The notes beneath the pieces were generated by a model that saw only the letters and a program-made list of their open reading frames with translations, had not been told where the DNA came from and did no database searches. Shown here one piece after another: positions 20,337 to 31,695 of a stretch of DNA of 64,000 nucleotides (its first letter is position 1; every line of letters begins with the position of its first letter). This stretch comes from a virus. Taxonomy: Duplodnaviria > Caudoviricetes. The position numbers were made by a program, and so were the translations under genes. The stretch covers positions 64,001-128,000 of IMG/VR virus record IMGVR_UViG_3300014039_000013; one strand, given 5' to 3'.

Positions 20337-21318
20337 GTATTTTTAATATTTCATTTTTTATAAATTCAAATGTTTTTACTTTTCCATATTTTTTGTGAAA
20401 ATCTGAAATATCTTTTACTTTATACTTATTAGGAATAAAAAAATATTTTAATTCTGGATGTTTTTTTCTAATTTTTGCTAAATTATATTTACCAGGTCTA
20501 TCATTATCATAAAATACTACAATATATTTGAAACGTTCTTTTAATTTATTTAATACTTTTTCTTCTATAAATAAATTTTCAGAACAAGGTGCTATAGCTG
20601 CAATTCCAAATGAATTCAGACACATAACATCTTTCATGCTTTTTGTAATTATTAATAATTTTCCTGATTCTGGAAGTTGTTTCCAACCTTGAATTTTATC
20701 CTTATCCCAATTAGCTAAAAAACGATAAGATTTTCTATTTGGAAAATACATTCTCCAATATTCGATTCCATCTTTTTTACCACCATAATATCCATATATA
20801 GGACATTTTGAATTTGATGAAGCAAATATGTTTCCATTCAAAAATACAGTCTTTACAGAATATATATGAAATTTTTTTAATTGTTTTTTTTCAACTCCAA
20901 ATTCTTTCCACCATTTTAATTGTTCTTCTGAAAATGGTTGTAATTCTGCTTGTAAAAACGTACTTTGCTTAATTTCTAAATCATGAACGATAGATATCTT
21001 TTTTTGTTTTATATTATCAGATTTAATTAACCCAAAATCTTTAGCAATAATGCGTAATGCTTTATAAAAATTGCAATTATAAATATTCATTACAACTGTA
21101 AAACAATTGTAATGAATATTTGTTGCAAAATCATGAAAATATACTATTCCAGATTTAGATTTATAAAATGCAGCAGTAGGTTTATGATCATTACGTAATG
21201 GATTTACAAATAGTTTTTTAGATTCTACTGGCAAATTTAAATAAAATGATAATATACTTTCTTGATTAATTTTTGATAATATAAATTCTTTATTAATAAT
21301 TGAGACATTAAAATCCAT
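20317..21318 (-). CDS. DNA primase (Toprim)
   Basis: NPLRNDHKPT, HDF, ITKSMKDVM, FYDNDRPG, KDISD. Confidence 0.8.
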   Translation of the reverse strand: MDFNVSIINKEFILSKINQESILSFYLNLPVESKKLFVNPLRNDHKPTAAFYKSKSGIVYFHDFATNIHYNCFTVVMNIYNCNFYKALRIIAKDFGLIKSDNIKQKKISIVHDLEIKQSTFLQAELQPFSEEQLKWWKEFGVEKKQLKKFHIYSVKTVFLNGNIFASSNSKCPIYGYYGGKKDGIEYWRMYFPNRKSYRFLANWDKDKIQGWKQLPESGKLLIITKSMKDVMCLNSFGIAAIAPCSENLFIEEKVLNKLKERFKYIVVFYDNDRPGKYNLAKIRKKHPELKYFFIPNKYKVKDISDFHKKYGKVKTFEFIKNEILKIHDKTNS

Positions 21319-21332
21319 GTCTCAATTAATTA

Positions 21333-22034
21333 TTAAAGATTATCGATTTCGTCTGACAAAGAGCTAAAATCTAAGTTTTCTAAATTATCATTATTAGACG
21401 ATGTATCGGTAATTTTAGTTGGTTTTGCTGAAGAATAATTAGCAGCTTGTCCAGCTTCATATGCTGTAAATGCAACATTCGTACCAACAAAATTATTTCT
21501 AACAAATGGTTCGTCATCGTTTCCAATAGCAGTTACATATGGGAAGTCTGCGTATACAGAACCATCACGATTTTTACCAATAAGTTTAATCTTTGTAGAT
21601 ACTCCTTTTTTAGCATTAATAATTTTTATCAAGGAATCTACAAATTGGTCCATTGTTTTAATCTTATTGGCAACTTTCTGAAGTTTACTAAATCCATCAG
21701 AATTAATAACTTGTGCAAGTTGCAACAACGTCCATTTAAATTCTTCAAAACGAGATGGTGTTGGATATGTTGATCCATCTTGTCTTTTCATTTGACCTCG
21801 TTGAGAATTTTCTGGAGTATCGTCAGGAATAAATAGATTTTTAATAAATCTTCCCTCTGAATTACTAAACGATATTTTAATTGTTTTATATGTTATACTT
21901 TCATCATTCTTTTTATGAAGCTCTTCGCGTTCAATTCCATCGAATTTGACATCATAAATACCCCAAGGCTTCAAGAAAGATGAAGTATTGATTGCTGACT
22001 TATTTTCAAAACTACCGAAATTAAAATTGCTCAT
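21333..22034 (-). CDS. Putative single-stranded DNA-binding protein
   Basis: Acidic C-terminal tail; lies between an AAA ATPase and the primase. Confidence 0.55.
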   Translation of the reverse strand: MSNFNFGSFENKSAINTSSFLKPWGIYDVKFDGIEREELHKKNDESITYKTIKISFSNSEGRFIKNLFIPDDTPENSQRGQMKRQDGSTYPTPSRFEEFKWTLLQLAQVINSDGFSKLQKVANKIKTMDQFVDSLIKIINAKKGVSTKIKLIGKNRDGSVYADFPYVTAIGNDDEPFVRNNFVGTNVAFTAYEAGQAANYSSAKPTKITDTSSNNDNLENLDFSSLSDEIDNL

Positions 22035-22048
22035 ATTATTTATATTTT

Positions 22049-22621
22049 TTAAAAGTTAAAATCCTGTGCTGTTAAATCATTATCATCTATTAAATCAGAA
22101 AGTTCTAAATCATCATCAGACAAATCAATGTCTGGTTCATCTGAAGGTAATTCTATATCATCACTTGCTTCTACTTTTTCTGGTTGTTTATCACCAATTA
22201 AAAAGAAAACACCTTCTTGTTTTTCTTTTAGCTGAAATGCATTTCCATATTTGCTAAGCTGTTCATTTGCTTTTCCTCTACAACTTACCGTAAATGATTT
22301 AGTAACTTTGTTACCACCATTATTCCCAAATAATTCAGCTTTTCCTATGATTGGTGTTAAATTACCTTCATATTGTTCATAATTAATTTCAAGCTTATCA
22401 CCAGGAATAATATTAAGTAATTCAACAGATGCATTATTTAATTTGTATTTATTATCCTCTAAAATAATTTGAGGATTAGAGTTGTCGTCTTTAGTTTTCT
22501 TTACAACCTTAGCTTTAGAAGTTTTATTAAATTTTCCTTCTTTAACTTCTCCAGTTTCTGTATTAATTATTTCAAACTGACCAGTTGTTGTATCAATTGT
22601 AAAATTAAATATTAATTTCAT
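22049..22621 (-). CDS. Hypothetical protein with acidic C-terminal tail
   Basis: 190-aa ORF in the replication operon. Confidence 0.65.
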   Translation of the reverse strand: MKLIFNFTIDTTTGQFEIINTETGEVKEGKFNKTSKAKVVKKTKDDNSNPQIILEDNKYKLNNASVELLNIIPGDKLEINYEQYEGNLTPIIGKAELFGNNGGNKVTKSFTVSCRGKANEQLSKYGNAFQLKEKQEGVFFLIGDKQPEKVEASDDIELPSDEPDIDLSDDDLELSDLIDDNDLTAQDFNF

Positions 22622-23319
22622 TAAATATCAGAATTTTCAAATTTATTAATAGTATCAACTATTTCTTTCATATTAGGTTCTACATATTTATCCTTAAAAC
22701 ATCCTGCAACACTTCTACAGGTGTCATTGCCATCTGTTCTAGTCTTAATATGATATTGAACCTCGTCTTCGCCATCGGGAATATATCGTTCTGCATATAA
22801 CAAATAACTAAACAAACCATCCAAATTAATCTTAGAGGTTAACATTTTACCACTTGTATATAATCTCCAACTTGGATCTTCTTCTGTTCCGCAGTTTTCT
22901 ATATGAGAGATAAATATTACAGTAATATCATCTCTTAATTCTAGTGACAATTCAATTAAATCATAATAATTCTTAGCTTGGATCGTGAATTTTTCATATC
23001 CTTTAACTAATGCATCCTTAAAAGTAGCATTACTAAGTAAATAATTAGCATCATCTATAACAAGTACCTTTATATCAGGACGTGAACTAGAAATAGCCTT
23101 CATAATCTTTTGAATAGTCCCATATTCATTAGATACCAACCAATTGCCAATAAGCTTACCGTCTTCTACTTTTACTTTTTGATATTTTTTACGAAAACCT
23201 GGAATTTGTAGTTGTTTATTAGTACAACTAATAATAAATGTTGATTTTGAATCTAGATACTTTAATGAAGTCGATTTTCCACTATTTGATAAACCGCATA
23301 ATCCTAAAAGTGCACTCAT
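22621..23319 (-). CDS. AAA/Sak4-like ATPase
   Basis: GLSNSGKS, LVIDD, FISH. Confidence 0.8.
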   Translation of the reverse strand: MSALLGLCGLSNSGKSTSLKYLDSKSTFIISCTNKQLQIPGFRKKYQKVKVEDGKLIGNWLVSNEYGTIQKIMKAISSSRPDIKVLVIDDANYLLSNATFKDALVKGYEKFTIQAKNYYDLIELSLELRDDITVIFISHIENCGTEEDPSWRLYTSGKMLTSKINLDGLFSYLLYAERYIPDGEDEVQYHIKTRTDGNDTCRSVAGCFKDKYVEPNMKEIVDTINKFENSDI

Positions 23320-24407
23320 TATAATGTAAATTTAAAATTTTGTTTATTATTAACAATTTTATTGTCAATATTTTTATCTATTATATAATTAGGATCTTGA
23401 TATTTAGTATAATCATAAATTTCTCTTGGTAAAGGAAGTTCGTGCCATTCATTTATTTTACCAAAATAATTTATCCCTATTTCAATATCAGATTCTCCAT
23501 ATCTAGACTTTTGGATTGTAATACTTCTAAAACAATCTCTTAATAGACTAATATTATAGTCTTTATAAGTATTTAATCTATTTCTAAAAGGATTTAATAG
23601 TGAAATAACAATTTCACTATCATTTACTGGATTTGCAGAATCTCTTGTATCAGTAAGACTAAAATTAATCATACCTTGTTTTCTTCTTTCCATACCGCTT
23701 TGTTCTCTGTTTGCTTGTTGTATTACAACTGGAGAAATTGCTGCAATATTTCTAAGAGTTAGTAATTCTGCTGAAGCTAAATCTATTTCTTGTTTTAGTG
23801 TTCTACCTTTATTTGGTCTTAATAAAGATATATGATCCACTATTACTAAAAAAATACATTTAGGATTATTCCAAATAAAATTTTTATGATTATCAGTTTC
23901 TTCAAAATGCCCAAAGTTTTCTAATTCTTTCATTATTTTAGAATACATTATATCGGCATTCAATCCCTTATCATAGATTTTTAATCGTTTTTCAACTTCA
24001 ATTAACCAAGGTTTACATTTTTGTATAATTTCATAATATTCATCAGATAATACATAATTTTGTTCTCGAGAAAGTAATTGTTTAATTGATATTTCTTTGT
24101 GATATGTCTCAAAAATATAAGTAGATAATAATTTACCTAAAATCATTTCGGAGTTCATTTCTAATGAAAATAAATAACAAAAATAATTGTTATCATTATT
24201 TTTAATAGATTCACAAATTGGTTTATAAATATAACTAAATTGTGTAAAACTACTTTTACCACTTCCACTATCTGAGAAAATAGTAGTATAAGTTTGACGC
24301 ATTACACCATCAATTACTTTATCAAGTTTTTGTATTCCTGTAGAATATCCATGATTATATCCCGTTCTTCCTTGATCAATTTGCTGAAATAATTTTTCAA
24401 CAATCAT
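23319..24407 (-). CDS. DnaB-like replicative helicase
   Basis: STGIQKLD, SGSGKS, FSLEM, IVDHISL, QQANR, KSRYG. Confidence 0.85.
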   Translation of the reverse strand: MIVEKLFQQIDQGRTGYNHGYSTGIQKLDKVIDGVMRQTYTTIFSDSGSGKSSFTQFSYIYKPICESIKNNDNNYFCYLFSLEMNSEMILGKLLSTYIFETYHKEISIKQLLSREQNYVLSDEYYEIIQKCKPWLIEVEKRLKIYDKGLNADIMYSKIMKELENFGHFEETDNHKNFIWNNPKCIFLVIVDHISLLRPNKGRTLKQEIDLASAELLTLRNIAAISPVVIQQANREQSGMERRKQGMINFSLTDTRDSANPVNDSEIVISLLNPFRNRLNTYKDYNISLLRDCFRSITIQKSRYGESDIEIGINYFGKINEWHELPLPREIYDYTKYQDPNYIIDKNIDNKIVNNKQNFKFTL

Positions 24408-24997
24408 ATTAATTTGACTGCATCAAAATTAATATTTATTCCGTTATTTTCTTTTATAGCTTTAATATTTAACCAATCATTATCAACAATAAAACTATCT
24501 AAAGTAGTGAAATTATATCCATTATTAATGCCCCATTTTACTAATTCAAGAACTTCTTGATGTAATTTAGGATTCCATTTAATAGCTTTTCCATATACAC
24601 GAAAGGCATCTTCTAGTGAATTAAACTTTTTGCTAATTCTTTTTAATTTAAATATTTCTCCTTTAACAATTGTTGTAGTAGGATAAGCATCAAATAATTC
24701 TTTACCAAGAATAAACGCACTTTTATAAAAAGTTTTAGTAAAATTTTTATTGAATAAAACGTCTTCAATATGAAACGCTTCTCCTTTATTAGGAATTTTA
24801 TAAGATTTTATAATAATACCTTTATTTTGTAAAGAAATTAATACATCTCTAAGACTACTTCCACACTTTGTTAAAATACCTGCGAATCTAAATATGTATT
24901 CAGAATCTCCATCTTTAGATAGTAAAATAGTTTGAATTGTAAATAATTCAGTTGGTGTTAAATAATATTTTTCTAATAAATTTAGTTGTTCGTCCAC
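24404..24997 (-). CDS. Hypothetical replication-associated protein
   Basis: 197-aa ORF translationally coupled to the helicase. Confidence 0.6.
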   Translation of the reverse strand: MDEQLNLLEKYYLTPTELFTIQTILLSKDGDSEYIFRFAGILTKCGSSLRDVLISLQNKGIIIKSYKIPNKGEAFHIEDVLFNKNFTKTFYKSAFILGKELFDAYPTTTIVKGEIFKLKRISKKFNSLEDAFRVYGKAIKWNPKLHQEVLELVKWGINNGYNFTTLDSFIVDNDWLNIKAIKENNGININFDAVKLI

Positions 24998-25069
24998 AGT
25001 TAAAATAGTGTTTTAACTGTAATTTGGGTAATTTCATTTCTGAATGTATACAACTACATATAATTATAA

Positions 25070-26326
25070 TTAAAATCTAAACATATAACTCTGTAATTTA
25101 TATCTTGGTTTATCTGGTGTTTGATAATTTAACACTTGATTTAATCCATTTTCATCAATAGTAACAAAATCTCTACCTTCATGACTTTTAGTAACCCATT
25201 TTTCTTCAACAGTACCTCTAATAACAATATTAAAAAATTCAGCATTTTTATTAAAACTTTCAGCTCTAATAACTCTACCCAATCTTTGTATTGAGCTTGT
25301 TTTAGAAGATGTTGTTCCTATAACAATTCCGACTTCAAGTCTAGAAACATCTAATCCTTCATCAGCTTTTTTACATGTTGATAATTGATTAAATTTTCCA
25401 TCATTAAAGTCTTCTATCATAGTTTTACTACGTTTATTACTTAGCCTACCAGTATACACGTTTTCTATTCCTAATGACGAAGCCATTTGTACATTACCAC
25501 TAAATACAATACATTTTTTATTTTTACGTGCTTCAAGTATTTGTTTTGCTATTTGAATTTTTTTTGGATGATTATTAATAAATAATTTTCTTTTTTGCAT
25601 TGTTCTCATAAATCCCATTGTATGATAAGATATTTCTTTTAGTATATCTGTATATACTAATTTAGAATTATTTTGACATAACAATTTTGCATATTGAGTT
25701 CTAGCTAAAAATCCATTTTTACCAATTAATTTATTAATTAAATTCCAATTGAATTCAAAGTATTCAAAATGCATTGTAAATTCTTTATTTAAATTAATAT
25801 AATCATCAATATCGTCAACATCGATAATTACTATATATTCTTTAAATTTAGAAACCCATCCATTGGAAATACATTCAATAATATTTACTTCATCACACTT
25901 AGGACAATATTTATTTAGTAGTTCTTCCTTGCCATCTAATCTTTCAAATGTAGCTGTTAATCCTAAAATATATTTATATTTACATTTAGTAAATATATTA
26001 CTGAAAGAATCAGCTGGAATACGATGACATTCGTCAATTATTAATAAATCGCACGATAAACATTCTTTAATTGCACTATTTATTACATATACTTTAACAT
26101 TAAACGCAAGACCTCTATCATCTATTTGTCTAATCCATTGTTCTTTTAAAGTTGTAGTAGGAACAATAACAATTGTTTGAAGATCAGATTTTTGTTTTAA
26201 TAACAATTGGATGGCTAAAAATGCTGTTTTTGTTTTACCAAAACCAGTACTTGCTACAATACTAGCTTTACATTTATATTTTACCCAATTACGAATACAT
26301 TCTTTTTGTCGTTCATCACGTGTCAT
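25070..26326 (-). CDS. SF2 DExH helicase (UvsW/ResIII-like)
   Basis: STGFGKT, DECH, TAT, EGLDV, QRLGRVIR. Confidence 0.9.
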   Translation of the reverse strand: MTRDERQKECIRNWVKYKCKASIVASTGFGKTKTAFLAIQLLLKQKSDLQTIVIVPTTTLKEQWIRQIDDRGLAFNVKVYVINSAIKECLSCDLLIIDECHRIPADSFSNIFTKCKYKYILGLTATFERLDGKEELLNKYCPKCDEVNIIECISNGWVSKFKEYIVIIDVDDIDDYINLNKEFTMHFEYFEFNWNLINKLIGKNGFLARTQYAKLLCQNNSKLVYTDILKEISYHTMGFMRTMQKRKLFINNHPKKIQIAKQILEARKNKKCIVFSGNVQMASSLGIENVYTGRLSNKRSKTMIEDFNDGKFNQLSTCKKADEGLDVSRLEVGIVIGTTSSKTSSIQRLGRVIRAESFNKNAEFFNIVIRGTVEEKWVTKSHEGRDFVTIDENGLNQVLNYQTPDKPRYKLQSYMFRF

Positions 26327-27231
26327 TATTTATGTTTAAACAATATATTACTAACATCAGTATTAATAGTAATATTTCTAGTTTCACAAACTTTTAAAAT
26401 TTGTTGTATTCTTTCGTTCCATTGTTTTGCGTGATCTCTTACCTTTGCTTCAAGTTTATGTAGAATTGTATTTCTAAGAATCATGAGTTGGTCTGTTGTT
26501 AACTCTGAATATTTTTTATTCGATAGAGTCATCATAGCTCTAAATTCACGATATGTCAAACCTCCATTTTTAATATGAAGTTTAACATATGGTTTAAGAT
26601 TAAGTCTTGTTTTAACAACCTTAAGTCTATTAATTAGTTCTCCTTTTTCATTATGTTCTGTGAGATCTAATAATTCTTTATCAGTAAACCACAATCCTAA
26701 ACTTGTAATAAAATTACTTGTTAAATGTTTTTTATCAAATGAACCCAATGAATCTATACAAGCACAATATACTTTTTCAATTGTTAATTTTGAAAAATCC
26801 TCTGGTACATTTGTAATTCTAGTTATATATTCTTTAGACCAAGTTTCTCTTGGAATGGCTTCTTCATTATTATCTAAGAATGCTTTAAGAGATTGAAAAT
26901 ATGAAAACCTTGGAATTGGCTTAATACCTTTATCAGGATTACCCTTTTCAATATAACGCAAGAATAGTTCTGCATTACAATTTTCTACTTGTTCACCAAT
27001 TTGTTTAATCAAAACATTTCGGCCTGGATTTTTAGGTGATGGGTTATCGAGCATAATTACACATCTATTATACATATTTTGTAATTGTTCTTGTGTTGCG
27101 TCCATCATTTGAATTTCGTCTTGCACAAATTCTCCATTTACAAGTTTCTTTTCACCTTTCCAAACAAAATTCTTAACGTCATTCTTTTTCTCATCTAGTG
27201 CCTTAGCGAAGGCATCTGCCATTACTGTCAT
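26326..27231 (-). CDS. Conserved hypothetical protein
   Basis: 301-aa ORF. Confidence 0.7.
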   Translation of the reverse strand: MTVMADAFAKALDEKKNDVKNFVWKGEKKLVNGEFVQDEIQMMDATQEQLQNMYNRCVIMLDNPSPKNPGRNVLIKQIGEQVENCNAELFLRYIEKGNPDKGIKPIPRFSYFQSLKAFLDNNEEAIPRETWSKEYITRITNVPEDFSKLTIEKVYCACIDSLGSFDKKHLTSNFITSLGLWFTDKELLDLTEHNEKGELINRLKVVKTRLNLKPYVKLHIKNGGLTYREFRAMMTLSNKKYSELTTDQLMILRNTILHKLEAKVRDHAKQWNERIQQILKVCETRNITINTDVSNILFKHK

Positions 27232-27237
27232 AATTTT

Positions 27238-27570
27238 CTATAATATTATTGTTTCATTTTTATCTATTTTTATTGGTTTATCTATAAAATTTAAAAATTG
27301 ATAGCCACTATATTTATAAGGAATAAATTTATCGCCATCATACCATTTATCTACTCCAGCGTTATGCAGTTCGTAAGTTAAATATCCAATATCATCTATT
27401 TGAATATCTCTACATTGCCAATTTGGGAATCTTACGCACCAAATATATTTTGACCAAATGCTCTTTTCTTCAAGATTTTCAAATATATATTGAATATATC
27501 CTAAAGTATCATTTTGTATTGCTTTTAATTGTGCTAATACTGTGTTTCTTTTTAAAGAGTTTGCATCCAT
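27238..27570 (-). CDS. Hypothetical protein ending in TAG, in frame with the next gene
   Basis: TAG-AAA-ATT-ATG junction at 27240-27229. Confidence 0.6.
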   Translation of the reverse strand: MDANSLKRNTVLAQLKAIQNDTLGYIQYIFENLEEKSIWSKYIWCVRFPNWQCRDIQIDDIGYLTYELHNAGVDKWYDGDKFIPYKYSGYQFLNFIDKPIKIDKNETIIL

Positions 27571-27666
27571 ATTTGGCAAAATCACTTATACATCTTTCCA
27601 TGCCTTCAAAGCATGGATAATGGTTACAATCTTTACAAGATAAATCAGGTCGTTTTATTTGACCGA

Positions 27667-28297
27667 TCATTTTATAAGCCATAAAATTCCAAATAAAGCT
27701 GATAAACTGAATCCTCCTATCGTCCAGTTTCTCAATCTTTTCTTTTTAGATTTAGTTATACGTATCTGTTCATTTAAATTATCTATTGTTTTTAAATTAT
27801 TATTAATTGTTATAAGATCTTTTTGATTTTGAACATTTCTTAAAGAATCTGATTTCTCTAAAATAGAATTTATCTTATTTAAAGATATAATTTTATTTTC
27901 TAATTGAGGAATCAAAAGCTTTTGTTTTTCATGTTCTATAAAGATAAGATTGCATTGCTTTAATTGTGTTGGTGTGATTACAATTAATGAATCATTTAAA
28001 ATTTTTGGATAAATAGTTTGAGAAAAAGATACAGTCGGAATCAGTAGACTGACTAAGAACAGTATTATAAGTTTTTTCATACTTTGTTTTAATTACTGTT
28101 ATGTTTTTATCTACTTTTATAATTGTATCTTTAATAGATTCCTTATCTTTTTTTAAACTATCACATATAATTTTTAAAGAATCATACGAACTTTTATATG
28201 TATCTGGTGATTTATCTATTTTGTTTGGTTTAATAATAACAAATATTATTAATATAATTAAACAAATTATACCTAAAATACAAATAAATCTGTTCAT
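27667..28297 (-). CDS. Overlapping pair of membrane coiled-coil proteins, spanin-like (27992-28297 and 27667-28080)
   Basis: The first has an N-terminal TM plus coiled coil. The second has a signal peptide, coiled coil and C-terminal TM. The overlap is Rz/Rz1-like. Confidence 0.5.
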
Positions 28298-28863
28298 TAA
28301 TTTTTATTAAAATAAAAATTATAAATTGATTCTTCTTTAATTAACCAAGAAGTGTTTTCTTCAGCAGCAATATCTCTAATAGTTCTAGAAATAGATTCTT
28401 CTTCTGCTTGTTCTGGAATAAGTTTTCCTTCTACAGGACCATTTCCATTTAGCCAAGCTATAGTTCTATAATCTTTTAGTTCTAATGCCTTTTCTAAAAT
28501 ATTATCTATTTTATCAGTTGTTTCAATTTCTCTATCAACCGTAAATTGAAAAGGAAAGCTTCTGTCATCATAATTTAATTCAAGTGTTTGAATATTGGGA
28601 TATTGAAATTCAACATCATTATATGTTAACCAATTATAAATCCATTTATGATGATTATCTTCTTCTTCTGCACGTTTAAGATAATACTCAGATAATTTAT
28701 TTAATCCTTCATTTGCAAAGAAATTTGCAAAACTTAGATATATGTGTCTATTAGTTAATTCATGAGAGATTTGTTTTATAAACAAATCGATTAATTCTTC
28801 TTCTAATTCACAATATCTACGATTTGTATCAAACTTTTTTGGCTCTTCTGCATTTTCTGACAT
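28297..28863 (-). CDS. Ferritin-like protein
   Basis: QISHEL..Y, AEEEDNH, E.ETT..I, EQAEEE ferroxidase pattern. Confidence 0.85.
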   Translation of the reverse strand: MSENAEEPKKFDTNRRYCELEEELIDLFIKQISHELTNRHIYLSFANFFANEGLNKLSEYYLKRAEEEDNHHKWIYNWLTYNDVEFQYPNIQTLELNYDDRSFPFQFTVDREIETTDKIDNILEKALELKDYRTIAWLNGNGPVEGKLIPEQAEEESISRTIRDIAAEENTSWLIKEESIYNFYFNKN

Positions 28864-30424
28864 TTAATTTAAGTTTAGGAAGTTTATTATTAATAATATA
28901 ATCTTTTGGAGCTTTTAACCAATCGATAAATTTGCCAACTATATAATTTTCTTTATAGTTGTATATAGATTTTCTCTTAATAGTTAAAGGATAATCTAAA
29001 TATAAAAATTTTGATCCATAGTATTCTAATCTATTCTTTAGAATTTTATAAAACGAAATTTCATATACAAATTTATCAGATATTGTAATCCAATCTCCAT
29101 TTGGTGCTACAAATGTATCATTAGACATTTAATGTATTATCACAAATTTTATTTAAAAATTTACCAAGTAAATTATTATTAGAACTATCGTAAACATCAT
29201 TCCAGTTTCCTTTTTGATAAATCCATAATAAATCTTTAGCGGAAATATTTCTTGAAATAAATCTATAATTATATTTACGATTTTTATTTATTTCATATTT
29301 ACCAATTTTCAAATAGATATGATTACAGGAATATTCTCCATTTGAAAATATACCATGTTTAGATCTATTGATAATTTTACGTTCTACATTATAAAATATG
29401 TTATCGTCATCAGCAAATACAACCGAATATGAAATATTATGTTGTTCGCAATATCTAACTAAAGCATATGTTATATAACAACAGCCACCGTGATTAATTT
29501 TTAATATAGAATTTAATTTGGTAAAAAAATCATTCAATAAATTAATCTGCATTTACTAAATATTCAATTTTATTATATTCTTGTTTATAGTCTTTAATAT
29601 ATTGTTTCAAAGATATAATAGAATTAGAATCATATTTATTATTAATTCTATGAATAATAATTTTTTTAATTGCATGTTCTAATGTTATACCATATCCGCA
29701 ATTTTTAAATTCTTTTCTTGCATCTTTTGATTTAGCTTTAACTATATATAATAATTCTAAATCAAACAAACAAGCAGAATTAACTACAGGATATAATTTA
29801 AAATCTTCTTCTGCGATAATCATTTTAAATAATTTTAACGAGTTTTAATAGATCCTGGTCTTTTTCTAGATGCCTTTTCTCTTTCTGGAAGTTTTTCATA
29901 CCAATTAAGCTTTTGTTCAAGCCATTTTCTTTTGTTTTTAGCTTTCATAATAATAAAATTTTAATCAGCCCAAGACTGAGATTTATAATAAAGAATTAAA
30001 TTATATAAATGCAATATTTTATCTCTATAAAGTTCTTCTTTTACAAATAAACTAGGGTTTATTTTTACACTTATAATTTCTTTTTTAGAATTTATATATT
30101 CAAAACTGTCTTCTGTTTTGAACAATGACTCTTGTTCATATTTAGAAAGGTTAAATCTCTTATAATTTCTAGTATTAATATATTTAGATATTCCTCCATT
30201 TATAAATTTATTTAGAAGATTAATACATATATTAATATCTCTACAAATAATAGAACCGTCTATATATTTATTTTGTTTAAAATAATTATACATTTGTTCT
30301 AGTTTATAAAGCTGAATTTCATAAAAGAACATATAATCCCAATCATAGTTCTTTCTTAAAAGTCTTCTTATTTTTTTGTCTTTCATAATTATAAATAAAA
30401 ATAGCCGAGCAAAACGCCCGGCTA

Positions 30425-30817
30425 TTAACATTGAATATGACTTGCATGTACTGCTAATCTATCACAAAGGTTATTGTATTCATTATTAGCGTGACCTTTT
30501 ACATGTTGCCAATCAATGCTATATTTACCAACAATTTTATCAAAACGATTCCACAAATCAAGATTTTTTCTACGTTGCCAATTAAGTGTAGCAGTTCCTA
30601 TAACATACATACTATCACTATATATAATAATTTTATCAGATTTTTTAATAGATTCTAAAGCTAATATAACAGCTAACATTTCCATTCGATTATTAGTTGT
30701 ATTTTTATAAGCTTTACTAAATTGAGCTATTATTTTATCATCTTTTAAAATTACAAATGCACAACCACCTTGATTTCGTTTATTACTATAAGCACCATCA
30801 GTATATATTTTATACAT
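30425..30817 (-). CDS. rnhA: Ribonuclease HI
   Basis: IYTDGA, TNNRMEM, SDSMYV, HVKGHA..YNNLCDRLA. Confidence 0.92.
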   Translation of the reverse strand: MYKIYTDGAYSNKRNQGGCAFVILKDDKIIAQFSKAYKNTTNNRMEMLAVILALESIKKSDKIIIYSDSMYVIGTATLNWQRRKNLDLWNRFDKIVGKYSIDWQHVKGHANNEYNNLCDRLAVHASHIQC

Positions 30818-30910
30818 ATACCAAATCTTTTAAAGAATCAAATAATTCTTTTAAGAGATTATTCATTTTAAATTCTAGATCATTAACAAATTCATCTGTC
30901 CATTTATCAA

Positions 30911-31297
30911 TCATAATGTATTATAAATTGTGTTTATACGATTTATATAAAGTGGATCAGAAGCATATCCTATTCTTTTTAAGAATGAAGTATATTTTTC
31001 TCCAACTTTATATCTTGATTGTATTTTATCTTTATACATCTTTACAGAATAACTCCAATGCGGAAATCTATAAAGCCCATGAGAATGGGAAAGTCCGAAT
31101 AAATTATTATGTTTTTTACTAGGTTTTAAGCCACACTCTTGGATGGCTTGTGCTAATACATATTTTTTATTGTGTATGTTATGATATTTACATACTAAAA
31201 TTATGTTTTCTTTTGTTGGCTTTAAATGTTCAAATTGTTTTTGTCCAAACATTAAATTACTAATAAAAAACATAATTACTAATAAGTAATTTTTCAT
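30911..31297 (-). CDS. Glucosaminidase (GH73-like) with N-terminal signal/anchor
   Basis: VLAQAIQECG, NNLFGL, GYASDP.Y. Confidence 0.75.
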   Translation of the reverse strand: MKNYLLVIMFFISNLMFGQKQFEHLKPTKENIILVCKYHNIHNKKYVLAQAIQECGLKPSKKHNNLFGLSHSHGLYRFPHWSYSVKMYKDKIQSRYKVGEKYTSFLKRIGYASDPLYINRINTIYNTL

Positions 31298-31695
31298 TAT
31301 TTAAATAAATCACGATTCTGGATTAGATTATATAAAGATTTTCCAATCCATTCCACAAGAGGTTCATTTGCAGATTCTGTATCATATTGTCCTTCACTTA
31401 ATATAACGTGTACTAATTCATGATAAAGAGTTCTACTTTGAGTTATTAATGGTATTGGGCTTCCATTTAATTTTGTAGCTATCCAAATTTCTCTTTTGTC
31501 ATAATGTGTTTGGCCAAAGAAAAAATTATCTTTATTACTTGGTATTTCGTCTACATATTTAATTACCCAATTTACATCTAAATATTTAAAAGGTATATTT
31601 TTAATTATTTTCAACTTTTGTGAATTGGCCATAAGTATGATTATTAATAATTGGTTTGTGGTTTTGAGGATGTAACATTTCTGTTCCATCTTCAT
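31297..31695 (-). CDS. Small HExxH metallopeptidase-like protein
   Basis: FFGQT...I.I; TLYHELVH; NEPLV. Confidence 0.65.
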   Translation of the reverse strand: MKMEQKCYILKTTNQLLIIILMANSQKLKIIKNIPFKYLDVNWVIKYVDEIPSNKDNFFFGQTHYDKREIWIATKLNGSPIPLITQSRTLYHELVHVILSEGQYDTESANEPLVEWIGKSLYNLIQNRDLFK

